Below, one piece after another: positions 7,847 to 17,218 of a stretch of DNA of 57,461 nt (its first letter is position 1; each line of letters begins with the position of its first letter). A model generated the notes under the pieces. It had not been told where the DNA came from. It searched no databases and was given only the letters and a program-made list of their open reading frames with translations. Made by a program: the position numbers and the translations under genes. The stretch is from IMG/VR virus record IMGVR_UViG_3300036987_000087, positions 1 to 57,461 of that record; one strand, 5' to 3'. Source of the DNA: a virus. Taxonomy: Duplodnaviria; Caudoviricetes.

Positions 7847-8950
7847 TCAGCCGCCTATTTGCATCGGCATGACGATCATGATCTGCTGCGGGACTTCCTT
7901 AGACGTCACGACGACCGGTGAATTCGCATCGTCGATGTGGAACTCGAGGGGGACGTCTCCGAACGTCTTCGCGACTGTCGCCACGTAGTCGGCGTTTAGT
8001 CCGACGAACTTTTCCGCGTCCAGTATTTCCGCGTCGACAACCTCGTGCGCTGCATCAACGCCGCTGCGCTTGGCTCCAATGACGAGCCCGTCTGCGTCAC
8101 TGCTCAGCTTCACGCGGACGGTTTGCTTCTCGTCCAGGGCGGCGCGGCGCGCGCGGTCGACGGCGGCGGCGAATGGCTCGGCGTCTACGATGAATGATGC
8201 CCCGTTGTAGCGAGGGATGACGCGCTGGTAGTCGGGATAGGTGCCGTCGATGAGCTTGGTCATGATCGTGGCCGCGTCTGCCGCGACGATGACCTGCCGC
8301 TCCGTGACCTTTATCGTCGCCTCGCCATCGGACAGAAGCCCGGCAATCAGGGATGCGGCTGCTGTTGGGATGATCACACTCGGCATGGTCTCGGCACCCG
8401 CCGGCAGCGCCATCGTGCGGCGGCAGAGCCGGTGGCCATCCGTTGACGCGGCGGCGAGCTTGCCCTCGAAGATGTGCAGGAACACGCCGCACATGTAATA
8501 CCGCGTCACCTCTGTGCATACAGACGGTATCGTGGCAACCATCAGGGACTTGAACTCGGCGGCGTCGACCGTAAAGCCTGCGCCTTCCTCTGGCTTCATG
8601 GCGGGGAAGTCTTCAGGGCTCAGCGTCTGCAGCTGGTACCGCGCGCGGCCAGACTTGATCGTCAGCCGGTCCCCGGCGTGTTCAAGATCGCAGATTGAGC
8701 CCTTCGGCAGTGCTGCGACGATGGAATGCAGTGTCCTGCCGTTGACCGTGGTGGCGCCCGGTGTGTCGATCTCGGCTGCAGCTTTAGCGGAGCACTCGAT
8801 ATCCAGCGATGATGCCCGAACGGACAGGTACCCCGCATCGGCCGTCATCAGCACATGGCTCAGGACCGGGATAGTCGTTCTCTGCGGGCTGCAGTCCTTC
8901 ACCTCGGCCAAGAGGTCGACGAGAGCAGTCGTTTCCATTGTGAGTTTCAT
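7847..8950 (-). CDS. dnaN: Phage-encoded DNA polymerase III beta sliding clamp
   Basis: TTIPVLSHVL, TRYYMCGVFL, ASTDGHRL, KLIDGTYPDYQRVIP, C-terminal IVMPM; 367 aa. Confidence 0.92.
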   Translation of the reverse strand: MKLTMETTALVDLLAEVKDCSPQRTTIPVLSHVLMTADAGYLSVRASSLDIECSAKAAAEIDTPGATTVNGRTLHSIVAALPKGSICDLEHAGDRLTIKSGRARYQLQTLSPEDFPAMKPEEGAGFTVDAAEFKSLMVATIPSVCTEVTRYYMCGVFLHIFEGKLAAASTDGHRLCRRTMALPAGAETMPSVIIPTAAASLIAGLLSDGEATIKVTERQVIVAADAATIMTKLIDGTYPDYQRVIPRYNGASFIVDAEPFAAAVDRARRAALDEKQTVRVKLSSDADGLVIGAKRSGVDAAHEVVDAEILDAEKFVGLNADYVATVAKTFGDVPLEFHIDDANSPVVVTSKEVPQQIMIVMPMQIGG

Positions 8951-9792
8951 TCGTCGTTCCCCAGGATTTCGAGCGCTTTCGCTTTGTTCGCTGGCGACAG
9001 GCGCTCAAGCATGTCGGCCGCCACGTCGCGCAGCTCCTGCACGTCGCTTGCGCTCTCGCACCATCCGCGTTGTTCACGCAGGCTTTCGATGTAGGCGTCC
9101 TGATCGGCCAGAGGCTCGTCGCCAGGGTCTAGATCGGGAACACCGAGGCCGGTTTGTGCCACTTCGGTGGGTGAATGTTCCTGAGCGGGAGCGGCGGTGA
9201 GGTCAGGGATTTCGACTTGTGCGCGCGGAGTGATGTTCACCGGATCGCGCTCTGGCTGATCGAGTTCCTCGGTGACATAGAGACCGCCGAGAACGTCAGC
9301 GGCCCCGTCGCGAGCAGCGAAGCCACGCGCGCGCATTTGCAGCATGCGCTCCGGGTACTGTTTCCAGGGCCCGGCCTTCGTCCAGAGCCCCGCCTCTTTG
9401 GCGGTCTCGACCGAGAACGTGCGCTCCACCTTGTCGCCGGTCGGCCGCGTGATTTCACAATGAGCGACGCGCTTGTCGCCTTCTCCCGTGAGCCACTCGC
9501 GCAGCTTGAATCCCTTGCCCCAGAGCAGCGCCGGTATGGCATCGCCCCAGATCGACGGGCGCCCATTGATGACAGCGATTTTCTGGACCGCGAACATCGG
9601 CGGAAGTCCGAGTTCCATCCCTGTCATGATGGCGACCATGACCTGCTCGGGTTTGTCCATGCCCTTCGGCGCAAGGCCGCTGAGTGCGATGCCGTTGGCC
9701 AGCCGGAATGCCTCGTCAAGCGACTGAGGCACGATGCCGGCGATAGCTCCGCCAGACTTCAGCGCGACGACGTTGGTTGCTGGGGTGCTCAT
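8947..9792 (-). CDS. RecT/Red-beta-like ssDNA annealing protein
   Basis: GMELGLPPMFAVQKIAVINGRPSIWGDA...WKQYPERMLQMRARGFAARD...DVLGGL. Confidence 0.8.
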   Translation of the reverse strand: MSTPATNVVALKSGGAIAGIVPQSLDEAFRLANGIALSGLAPKGMDKPEQVMVAIMTGMELGLPPMFAVQKIAVINGRPSIWGDAIPALLWGKGFKLREWLTGEGDKRVAHCEITRPTGDKVERTFSVETAKEAGLWTKAGPWKQYPERMLQMRARGFAARDGAADVLGGLYVTEELDQPERDPVNITPRAQVEIPDLTAAPAQEHSPTEVAQTGLGVPDLDPGDEPLADQDAYIESLREQRGWCESASDVQELRDVAADMLERLSPANKAKALEILGNDE

Positions 9793-10289
9793 GCTACGTG
9801 TCTCCATCCTTCGCCGTTGCGAATTTTTCGAACCAAGCTCGGGGACACGCTGAGCAACGCGGCCAGTTCTCGTGCGGAAGTAGAGGTCGAGCGGATTGTC
9901 CGCACGGCCTCGGCGGTCAGCTTGGCGCTACCCTGGCGCTCGCCGCATGCCATTGTGCCGTGCTCGTGCTTCTGCGCGTGGTTCGCCTTCCGCAGCAGCC
10001 ATGAGATGTTGTCGGCGGTGTTGTTGGCCTTGTCGCCGTCGCCGTGCGCCGCCTCGTGGATCGGAGACGGCCGGGGCCCGTGGAATGCCTCGGCGACGAG
10101 GTGATGGACGAACACGGTTTTCGCGCGCCCGTTGTCGCGCAGCATGACGCGCAGGTAGCCCTTGCCGCGATCGCCGTTCTTGAGGATGGCGCCCGGCTTG
10201 CCCCATCGGCCGCCAGCAATGCGCCTGACGCGCCCGAGGCTGGACACCTGATAGGTCGAAAAGCCTGCGACTGGTTTCCAGATTTCCAT
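9789..10289 (-). CDS. NUMOD4-HNH homing endonuclease
   Basis: EIWKPV...YQVSSLGRVR; VHHLVAEAFHG...AAHGDGDKANNTADNISW. Confidence 0.9.
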   Translation of the reverse strand: MEIWKPVAGFSTYQVSSLGRVRRIAGGRWGKPGAILKNGDRGKGYLRVMLRDNGRAKTVFVHHLVAEAFHGPRPSPIHEAAHGDGDKANNTADNISWLLRKANHAQKHEHGTMACGERQGSAKLTAEAVRTIRSTSTSARELAALLSVSPSLVRKIRNGEGWRHVA

Positions 10290-11267
10290 CTACGCAGCCA
10301 CCTTCTCGACGGTCTCCGTCACGCCGGGCACCGTCGCGCCGGCCTTCGCCTGAGCGCAGCAGACTTTCTCGACAGCCTCACGGATGGCCGGGTGATCCTT
10401 GCAGTGCGCCAGAGCGGCGGCGAAGTCGGTGACGACGTACTTGGTGACGGTGCGTAGGCCAGTCTTGCGCCCGCGCTGCCCTCCGGCTTGAACGCGAACC
10501 GGCTCGACGGGAGGTGGAGCCGGCAGCGGTTCGGGTTCCGGCGAGGACAGGGCCAGCGCGGGGTCGGAATCCATCAGCGCCTTGCGCTCATCTTCGCGGC
10601 GCTTGTTCTCCGCTGCGATGCGTTCTGCTTCTGCCCTGCGCTTGGCGTCGGCCTCGGCCTGAAGGCGCTTTTCTTCGTCGCGCATGTAGGCGGTTAGCGC
10701 ATCGCGAAGCTGGCTTGCGGCTGCGTCGGCGTCATCAATCATCGGCTTGTAGGAAGCGTCGACCTCGCGGCTAGCTTCGAGGTGAGGGCGCTTTTTTGTC
10801 TCACGCTCAGCGTCGGCGCGCTTGCGCAGTTCGAGCAACTTCTGCCGCATGTTTGCAGCGGCGTCCTTGCTCGTTGCGTCCTTTATTCCTCCCTTGCGCA
10901 GCCACTCGATGGCGCGCGCCGCGTAGTCGTGAATTTGCTCGGCCAGAGAAACGTCGCCGCTGTTATCTCCGATTGTCGCGGGGGCATCGCCTAGCCATGC
11001 GTCGCCATTGGCGAACGCATGCATCGCCGCTTCCTTGGTCACCGGCTTGTCGGCGACATAGGTCCACACCTCGATGGCGGGGCGATAGTTCTTAGCCGAT
11101 CCGACGAGCGCCACGAGCGCGCCGTCTTTCAGGTAGATGCATACGGGAAGGAACGGGCCGCCCTTGTGCTGGCGCACCCTGTAGTAGCCCGCATGCGGCT
11201 GGTCCGCGTAGATCGGCGGCATGTTGCCGGCGAGCGCTTCGTTCCAGTACGTCAGGTCGTTGCTCAT
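10290..11267 (-). CDS. Coiled-coil phage protein of the recombination module
   Basis: 325-aa ORF with long helical middle, upstream of the RecT-like gene. Confidence 0.7.
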   Translation of the reverse strand: MSNDLTYWNEALAGNMPPIYADQPHAGYYRVRQHKGGPFLPVCIYLKDGALVALVGSAKNYRPAIEVWTYVADKPVTKEAAMHAFANGDAWLGDAPATIGDNSGDVSLAEQIHDYAARAIEWLRKGGIKDATSKDAAANMRQKLLELRKRADAERETKKRPHLEASREVDASYKPMIDDADAAASQLRDALTAYMRDEEKRLQAEADAKRRAEAERIAAENKRREDERKALMDSDPALALSSPEPEPLPAPPPVEPVRVQAGGQRGRKTGLRTVTKYVVTDFAAALAHCKDHPAIREAVEKVCCAQAKAGATVPGVTETVEKVAA

Positions 11268-11285
11268 ATTCCCCGCTCCCCGATC

Positions 11286-11588
11286 TCACTCGCCCGAGAG
11301 GCTGCGTTTCCGCAGACGCTCAAGACCAAATTCCATAAGACGTGCAGTCACGTCAGCTCCGCACTTCTCTTCCGTCGCCCGTATCCAGGCTCTGAGGTAG
11401 AGGCCCTGCAGGGCCTCAGCGTTCTGCGCTGAGGGCGTCGCGTTGGTTACGATCGCGCTCGGGATTTTCCCGTCCCAATCCTCGTAGCGATCGAGCGGAA
11501 CAGCCTGTCGCCCATGTCTGACGCGATCGAATAGCCGGACGAGGATGCCGCGCGGGCGGCGCGTGTTGATGTCGACAACGTTGCTCAT
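11286..11588 (-). CDS. Hypothetical protein
   Basis: ATGA-coupled ORF. Confidence 0.6.
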   Translation of the reverse strand: MSNVVDINTRRPRGILVRLFDRVRHGRQAVPLDRYEDWDGKIPSAIVTNATPSAQNAEALQGLYLRAWIRATEEKCGADVTARLMEFGLERLRKRSLSGE

Positions 11589-11788
11589 TTGCTGCCCCAT
11601 GCCTTCGCTAGACGCTGCACAGCACCGGCTCGGTGCGACAGGATCTGCTGCGCCTCTGCCTCACGATCAAAGCGGATAGCGTGAATGGCCTTTCCGGTGG
11701 CCATGTATTGGTCGAGGTGCTTGGATGCGTTGACAGAGCAGCGCGCAACCTCGATGCCGACTGCGGCCTGGATGCGGGCGACGCTCAT
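11585..11788 (-). CDS. Hypothetical protein
   Basis: ATGA-coupled ORF. Confidence 0.6.
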   Translation of the reverse strand: MSVARIQAAVGIEVARCSVNASKHLDQYMATGKAIHAIRFDREAEAQQILSHRAGAVQRLAKAWGSK

Positions 11789-12174
11789 GCTTCCAGCCCA
11801 GCCTTCTTCATCGCGGCACGCTGTATCAATTCGACCTCTTGAAATCCGTCTGCCTTGCTTATTGCCCCTCGCAATAGGTCCATGGCAGCAGAGACTTCCA
11901 TGTAGGTCTCATCGCTATTTCGGATATTGCGGTTTGGTGTCCTTGCTGCAAAGAGGGCGGCCAATGCAGCCTTGCTTGCGGCAAGCAATTCGGGAGCGGC
12001 AGAAATTATCGCCATGTCGCTCAGGGTGACTTCGATGTCGGGCTGCCCGTCCGTGGCAACAACCGGCATGAGAACACTGTCGGAGTGCCCGCGGTTGTCG
12101 TGCATTAGTCGGCGCCAGCTACAGGACGTGTGCCACGTCCACGGCCCTGGGGTGTGATTGCTTAAGCTCGTCAT
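11785..12174 (-). CDS. Phage protein with HTPGPW...AAPELL motif
   Basis: HTPGPW and IISAAPELLAA motifs, common in phage early proteins. Confidence 0.7.
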   Translation of the reverse strand: MTSLSNHTPGPWTWHTSCSWRRLMHDNRGHSDSVLMPVVATDGQPDIEVTLSDMAIISAAPELLAASKAALAALFAARTPNRNIRNSDETYMEVSAAMDLLRGAISKADGFQEVELIQRAAMKKAGLEA

Positions 12175-12557
12175 GCCGCCACCTCGTCGCGCATATTGCG
12201 GCGGTGGTCTTCACGACTGCCAGAGCGCGCATCTGCGGCATCGGTCTGTGCATCGGCGAATGCTTCGGTGAGCGCGACTGTCGTTGCCGAGGTCCGCGCC
12301 TTTGCCCAGAGGGCTTGCCCTAGAGCCTGCTCGAGCGGATCGTGAACGAACCCGTCAGATAGTTCGGCGCCGATGCTCTCCTGAAGGTCAGGGTAGATGT
12401 CGTCGCCAACGAGAAACACGCGGTCCAGCTTGTCGCCGCCGGGGACCGAAACGGCCCAGCCATGGGCTATGGCGAAGAAGCAGCCCTTGCAGCTGAGTTC
12501 GGCTTTGATCCGAACTTTGACGCACTCATCGATCTCGGGTTTGTCGGTCAGTGGCAT
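12171..12557 (-). CDS. Hypothetical protein
   Basis: Coupled ORF with GGAG SD. Confidence 0.6.
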   Translation of the reverse strand: MPLTDKPEIDECVKVRIKAELSCKGCFFAIAHGWAVSVPGGDKLDRVFLVGDDIYPDLQESIGAELSDGFVHDPLEQALGQALWAKARTSATTVALTEAFADAQTDAADARSGSREDHRRNMRDEVAA

Positions 12558-12718
12558 GCGTTCTTCTCCCGCTTCTCGATCAACTGGCGTTGCCAGTAGA
12601 GGTACCCGTCACGCCAAGGGTCGATCCGTGTCTCATCGAAGGGCTCGCCACGCTTGGCGGCTTCAATGCCCCGGAGGAAAAGTGCGAGGTCGATGCCCCT
12701 GAGTTCTGAAAAGTCCAT
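12548..12718 (-). CDS. Small Rmf/CrpP-like protein
   Basis: 56 aa; FLRGIEAAKRGEP...PWRDGY resembles the RMF pattern. Confidence 0.45.
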   Translation of the reverse strand: MDFSELRGIDLALFLRGIEAAKRGEPFDETRIDPWRDGYLYWQRQLIEKREKNACH

Positions 12719-12864
12719 CGGCGTTGCGCCCCTGATTGAGTTGGACGCCTCACCTTCAAATCCCCTCCCCCAGCGGCAGGGCCGGTGTGAGACCCGGTTG
12801 CCTGCCGCCAAGGGACTACCCCGCTACGTTTCATCGCCGTGGTGCGTGGCAACGCGTCGGCGAC

Positions 12865-12920
12865 ATCTGGAAACTAATTCCAGATGGAATGCCTGTCAAA
12901 TGATTTTGTAATTATTTTCC
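12865..12920 (-). promoter_or_regulatory. PL promoter with CI operator(s)
   Basis: Minus strand TTGACA-N17-TAGTTT (12899..12871), overlapped by palindrome ATCTGGAAACTAATTCCAGAT; second half-site ttttccag nearby. Confidence 0.8.
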
Positions 12921-12964
12921 AGACGACCGACGCACAAAGGCAAACGGGGCTTTTTGGGCGCCCG

Positions 12965-13612
12965 TCAGATGTCGCGGATCAGCTTCGTGGCGCGACCGAC
13001 AACAAAACCGGGCCGGTCCTGGCCTACGTTCACTTCGGGGTGATCAGGGTTCGGTGGGAGGATGCAAAAGCCCTCGGTCTCTCCAAGGTCGGAGGGGCGA
13101 TAGCGCCCAAAAATTGCTCGATGAATGCTTTCAAGTACCGCAAGGACGTTCCGGCCAGCAATTGGCGGCTTGTCGGGCTCGATGATCACCACGTCGCCGG
13201 GGCGAAAATCGTCGCCTTCCCGGTGCTTCGTGGCGACCACGCCGCTGTCGCTATCCAGTAAGAGCCCAAAGGCACCGTCCCCGACGGGAGCGGTCGTTAC
13301 GACTGTCGTTTCCCCGTCCCAGAGCTCCCGGGGGTCCTGCCCCCGTTTAAGCTCCCCAAGTCTGTATAAATGGAGCAAAGGCAATTCCCCTAATTCGGCG
13401 ATAACTCCAGGTTGCACTCCGTGAAATAGCTCAATCTCCGATCTATCCAATGCGGCCAATGCTTTAGCCAAGTCATCTTTACGGGGCGACTGAACGTCGC
13501 CCCTTAACCATTTATATAGTGTATCGACATCCACGCCAGAGGCTTGCGCGAGCTGCGGCACCTTCCAGCGTTTCTCTGTCATCCAGCCCCTTAGGCGCTC
13601 AGACCAATGCAT
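12965..13612 (-). CDS. CI-like repressor (HTH plus degenerate S24-like domain)
   Basis: N-terminal XRE HTH (QLAQASGVDVDTLYKWLRG); C-terminal FRPGDVVIIEPD...PPNPDHP; divergent from cro. Confidence 0.88.
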   Translation of the reverse strand: MHWSERLRGWMTEKRWKVPQLAQASGVDVDTLYKWLRGDVQSPRKDDLAKALAALDRSEIELFHGVQPGVIAELGELPLLHLYRLGELKRGQDPRELWDGETTVVTTAPVGDGAFGLLLDSDSGVVATKHREGDDFRPGDVVIIEPDKPPIAGRNVLAVLESIHRAIFGRYRPSDLGETEGFCILPPNPDHPEVNVGQDRPGFVVGRATKLIRDI

Positions 13613-13639
13613 AACGGTCGAGCCCCCTATAAGGTTTTA

Positions 13640-13690
13640 CATACCTGGAAAAATGATACTTGCAAACTGGAAATCGTTTCCATAAACTGC
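13640..13690 (+). promoter_or_regulatory. PR promoter with operators
   Basis: TTGCAA-N17-TAAACT (13660..13688) enclosing TGGAAATCGTTTCCA; upstream CTGGAAAA half-site matches the PL operator. Confidence 0.75.
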
Positions 13691-13695
13691 CTCGC

Positions 13696-14028
13696 ATGGC
13701 TAGGAGACTGCCCCTATCTGCTAATCCTGTTCACGCAATCCTGGTGAAGGCCGGACGTGCGGAGGACATTTCTTCCGCAAGCAAGGTCTCGGCGGCCGCC
13801 AAAAAGCCGGTGGAACCGAGCGCCGTTCATAAATGGCGCTGGAGCGGAATTCCAGAAGAACATTGGGCACTGGTAATTGATCTAGCGGAGACGCGTGGAT
13901 CTTCCGTCACCGTTCAAGAGATCTACGACGCCAACTCGGCGCTCCGAGCGCTTCTCGACAGCGATCATTCGACTTCTACGGAGGCGCACTCAGCGCCTGC
14001 CGCCGACCGCGGCCGTGTTGCCGCCTAG
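13696..14028 (+). CDS. Cro-like regulator (probably leaderless)
   Basis: VEPSAVHKWRWSGIPEEHW; ATG 7 nt after the -10 box. Confidence 0.75.
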   Translation: MARRLPLSANPVHAILVKAGRAEDISSASKVSAAAKKPVEPSAVHKWRWSGIPEEHWALVIDLAETRGSSVTVQEIYDANSALRALLDSDHSTSTEAHSAPAADRGRVAA

Positions 14029-14163
14029 TCCCCTGTTGCGTCGCGTCCCTTTGGACGTCCTCGGATGTCTCTTTCCGCGCGGCCTCCCTAGGCAATGGGC
14101 CGCCCAACTAGCCGGCCATCCTCACGGGTGGTCGGCCTTTTCACCCTCGGGGGAGGGCGCAAT

Positions 14164-14739
14164 ATGGGTGGCTGGCATCAGCGAATTTTCGGACCTTCCC
14201 GCAGGGCGCGGCGCCGCGCAGCCGCAGAATACTTCCACAACTATTTGCTTGCAGGCGTCGAGGGCGAGTACGTCCCGAACGCCGAAGTCGTCAAGGGCTA
14301 TGCTCAGGCGCGCGAGCAACACGGCTGGCCGGCGCTCGATGCAGGCACGCTGCTCCACGAGCTCCGCGTTCTCGGCTGCGAATCCACGCAGACCATCAAG
14401 GTTCCGTGGTCGAACGGTTCGCCACCGAAGCCTGCGCTTCCGGCTCCCGAACCTGTCGCTTCGCCAGTTGTCGAAGCCGAAGCGTCGAACCCTTCGATCC
14501 GATCAGTTCGCCAGCGCCCGGCATCTGGTTCGGCTTCGCGAGATGAAGCCCTAGCCGAGCTGTTGGACAGGTTGGATCGTGACGAAACGATCCCATCGCA
14601 GCAGGCGCTGGCCGAAGCATGGGGCCGCTCGGAAGGCACGGTGAGCGACTGGCTCTCTGCCTGGCGTAAGGCCGGGTTCATCCCGCGCCCGATCCGTGAA
14701 GGCAAGTGCAACGTGCTCCAACTTCGGAAGGCGGCCTAG
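14164..14739 (+). CDS. Soluble protein with C-terminal winged HTH and intragenic repeat array
   Basis: SRDEALAELL...PSQQALAEAWGRSEGTVSDWLSAWRKAGFIP; Pro/Ser-rich linker. Confidence 0.75.
   Translation: MGGWHQRIFGPSRRARRRAAAEYFHNYLLAGVEGEYVPNAEVVKGYAQAREQHGWPALDAGTLLHELRVLGCESTQTIKVPWSNGSPPKPALPAPEPVASPVVEAEASNPSIRSVRQRPASGSASRDEALAELLDRLDRDETIPSQQALAEAWGRSEGTVSDWLSAWRKAGFIPRPIREGKCNVLQLRKAA
14411..14538. repeat. Dense CGAAS/STTCG pentamer array
   Basis: About 12 copies counted by eye in about 130 bp, both orientations. Confidence 0.7.
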
Positions 14740-14741
14740 CC

Positions 14742-15020
14742 ATGCTCACACATCGTCAGCATGACGCCATGCTTGCCATCGAGGCGGCTATCGAACGCAC
14801 GGGCGGCGTTGCTCCGACCGTTGAGGAACTCGCCGCCAGCCTCAAACTCCGCAGCCGTACAGCCGCATGGAAGCTCATCGACGGGCTTGTATTGCGCGGG
14901 TTTGTTCGTCGGCTGCCGGGTGAGGAGCGCGGTCTGGAAGTCGTTCGTCCGGTGAGCAGGTTCAAGTTCCTGCGTTTTGATGCCGAGACAGGAAAAGCCG
15001 TTCTAGCGCAGCCGCCATAA
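14742..15020 (+). CDS. LexA-type DNA-binding-domain-only protein
   Basis: MLTHRQ...GVAPTVEELAASLKLRSRTAAWKLIDGLVLRGFVRR. Confidence 0.8.
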   Translation: MLTHRQHDAMLAIEAAIERTGGVAPTVEELAASLKLRSRTAAWKLIDGLVLRGFVRRLPGEERGLEVVRPVSRFKFLRFDAETGKAVLAQPP

Positions 15021-15024
15021 AGGA

Positions 15025-15054
15025 AAAGGCTCGGCCTGTCGGGGCCGAGCCTTT
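15025..15054. terminator. Hairpin terminator (tR-like)
   Basis: AAAGGCTCGGCC-N6-GGCCGAGCCTTT. Confidence 0.65.
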
Positions 15055-15113
15055 GATTTGGATTTGGCTCGGGCGGGAGCAAACCGCTGGAGCCGGGATA
15101 ACCTCTGCAAAAG

Positions 15114-15713
15114 GTGAGCAACATGTACACACATTCACGGCCCGTCGTCAAGTCTGTTGCCCGTAAGTTCTCGCGCTGGATTCGGTTCTACGAGGACTCC
15201 CTCCACGATCCCAAAATCGTCACGCTGAGCGACCGCCAGTTTCGCGACTGGTGCCGGCTCATGCTGATCGCTTCGCGCCACCCACTCGGACACTTGCCGG
15301 CGCTACGCGATATCGCATCCGACATTCGGTGCACGGTCGCCGACGCAAGCGCTGCCCTTGAAGACCTGTTCGAGATCGGCCTGATAGACATCGTCCAGCA
15401 GGTTCCTGAGACGGTCTACGCGCCTCACAACTGGACCAAGCGGCAGTTCGTTTCTGACTGCGAGGGATCGGCAAAGAGGGTGCGCAAGCACCGCAGTCAG
15501 AAGGGGTCGAAGCAGGGCTGTAACGGCGATGTAACGTTACAGAAACGGTCGGGTGACGACGATGTGACGCCAACGAAACGACCGAGTAACGAAATTTCCT
15601 CTGAGTCTGTATCTGCTTCTGTAGAGCTAGAGGCTAGGTACTTACCCATCCATGATAGGGATGGTGACAGTAGTAAGCTAGGTGATGGTGTTGTTGCACG
15701 AGGTGACGCATGA
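15114..15713 (+). CDS. Replication initiator / replisome organizer
   Basis: WIRFYEDSLHDPKIVTL...HNWTKRQ...AKRVRKHR; internal iterons; upstream of the helicase. Confidence 0.75.
   Translation: MSNMYTHSRPVVKSVARKFSRWIRFYEDSLHDPKIVTLSDRQFRDWCRLMLIASRHPLGHLPALRDIASDIRCTVADASAALEDLFEIGLIDIVQQVPETVYAPHNWTKRQFVSDCEGSAKRVRKHRSQKGSKQGCNGDVTLQKRSGDDDVTPTKRPSNEISSESVSASVELEARYLPIHDRDGDSSKLGDGVVARGDA
15518..15640. repeat. Putative phage replication origin (iterons inside the initiator gene)
   Basis: Repeated GTAACG/GAAACG/GTGACG units followed by an AT-richer stretch. Confidence 0.6.
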
Positions 15714-17218
15714 ACGCGCACCTCCACCCGCACCAGAGCGCCGCCATCGACGGCGTGTGGCAGTCCTTCGCCGCCGGTCATCGTCGGTCAATGCTGGAGC
15801 TTCCGACCGGGGCCGGCAAGACGGTCATTGCCCAGGCCATCACGTCCCGCGCTCTGGCCAAGGGCCGCCGTGTCGCCTTCTGCGTTCCGTTCCTCGGGCT
15901 CATCGACCAGACCTTCGAGCGGTTCGTGCAGTTCGGCATCGATCCGGCCGACATCGGCGTGATCCAGGCGGACCATCCGTGGCGGCGTCCCGGCGCCAAG
16001 GTGCAGATTTGTTCGGGCCACACGCTCGCCAATCGTGGGTTCCCGGCTGCCGATCTGGTCATCATCGACGAGGCCCATCGGCATCTGGAAATCTATCGCA
16101 CATGGATGGATGCCTGCCCGCAAGTGTATTTCCTGGGGCTTAGCGCAACCCCGTGGACCAAGGGCCTCGGCAAGCACTACGACCACCTGATCCGCCCGAC
16201 CTCGATTGAGGAATTGATCGAGATGGGTTTGCTTTCTCCGTTCCGCGTGTTCGCGCCATCCGTTCCCGACCTCGCCGGCATCAAGGTCGTCAACGGCGAC
16301 TACCACGAGGGGCAACTCGAAGAACGCATGTCCGACGCGGTGCTCGTCGCTGACATCGTCGAGACGTGGCTCAAGCGCGCCAAGGGCCTGCCGACGATCT
16401 GCTTCGCCGCCGGCCGCGCGCACGCCCGACAGGTGGCAGAGAAGTTTGCACAGGCTGGGGTGCCGACGGCGTACATCGACGCTTTCACGCCCCGCGAGGA
16501 GCGCGCTGAAATCGGCGAACAACTCGCGTCGGGTTCAATCGAGGTCGTGGTCAACATCGCGACACTGACGACCGGCATTGATTGGGATGTCCGGTGTCTG
16601 ATCCTCGCGCGGCCGACGCGATCGGCGGCGTTGTTCGTGCAGATGATTGGTCGCGGGTTGCGCACGGCTCCGGGCAAAGATGCTTGCCTGATCCTCGACC
16701 ACTCAGACACGCACCAGCGCCTTGGCATGGTGACGGACATCGTTCGCGAAACGCTCGACGATGGGTCCAAGGCGGACAGCGAAAAGCGCGAACGCGAGGC
16801 GGCCAAGACGCCGCTGCCGAAGTGCTGCCCGTCATGCACCGCGCTGATGCCTATCAACTCGCGCAAGTGCATTTCCTGCGGTCACGAGATGCCAGCCATC
16901 GTCAAGGTCGAGATGCGCGACGGTGAATTGACCGAGTTCGCCAGCAAGAAGCCGAAGCCAGAGCCGGCACTGAAGGCCATCCAAAAGATGGGCAAGCCCA
17001 GCGTGCTCGGACAGTTGAAGGGGCTGGCCATTCGGAAGGGCCGCGATCCCGTGAAGTGGGTTCGCGCCAAGTATCGCGCAATTTTCGATACGTGGCCGCA
17101 AGCCATCCACACGCAGCCGCCAGAGGAGCCGACGCCAGAACTCGAAAGCTACGTGCGCCATCTCGACATCGCATGGGCGAAGTCTCGAACCGCTCGGTCG
17201 GAGACCGTCAATGCGTGA
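15710..17218 (+). CDS. SF2 DEAH helicase with C-terminal Zn ribbon
   Basis: LPTGAGKT, IIDEAH, LSATP, QMIGRGLR, CPSC...CISCG. Confidence 0.92.
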   Translation: MNAHLHPHQSAAIDGVWQSFAAGHRRSMLELPTGAGKTVIAQAITSRALAKGRRVAFCVPFLGLIDQTFERFVQFGIDPADIGVIQADHPWRRPGAKVQICSGHTLANRGFPAADLVIIDEAHRHLEIYRTWMDACPQVYFLGLSATPWTKGLGKHYDHLIRPTSIEELIEMGLLSPFRVFAPSVPDLAGIKVVNGDYHEGQLEERMSDAVLVADIVETWLKRAKGLPTICFAAGRAHARQVAEKFAQAGVPTAYIDAFTPREERAEIGEQLASGSIEVVVNIATLTTGIDWDVRCLILARPTRSAALFVQMIGRGLRTAPGKDACLILDHSDTHQRLGMVTDIVRETLDDGSKADSEKREREAAKTPLPKCCPSCTALMPINSRKCISCGHEMPAIVKVEMRDGELTEFASKKPKPEPALKAIQKMGKPSVLGQLKGLAIRKGRDPVKWVRAKYRAIFDTWPQAIHTQPPEEPTPELESYVRHLDIAWAKSRTARSETVNA

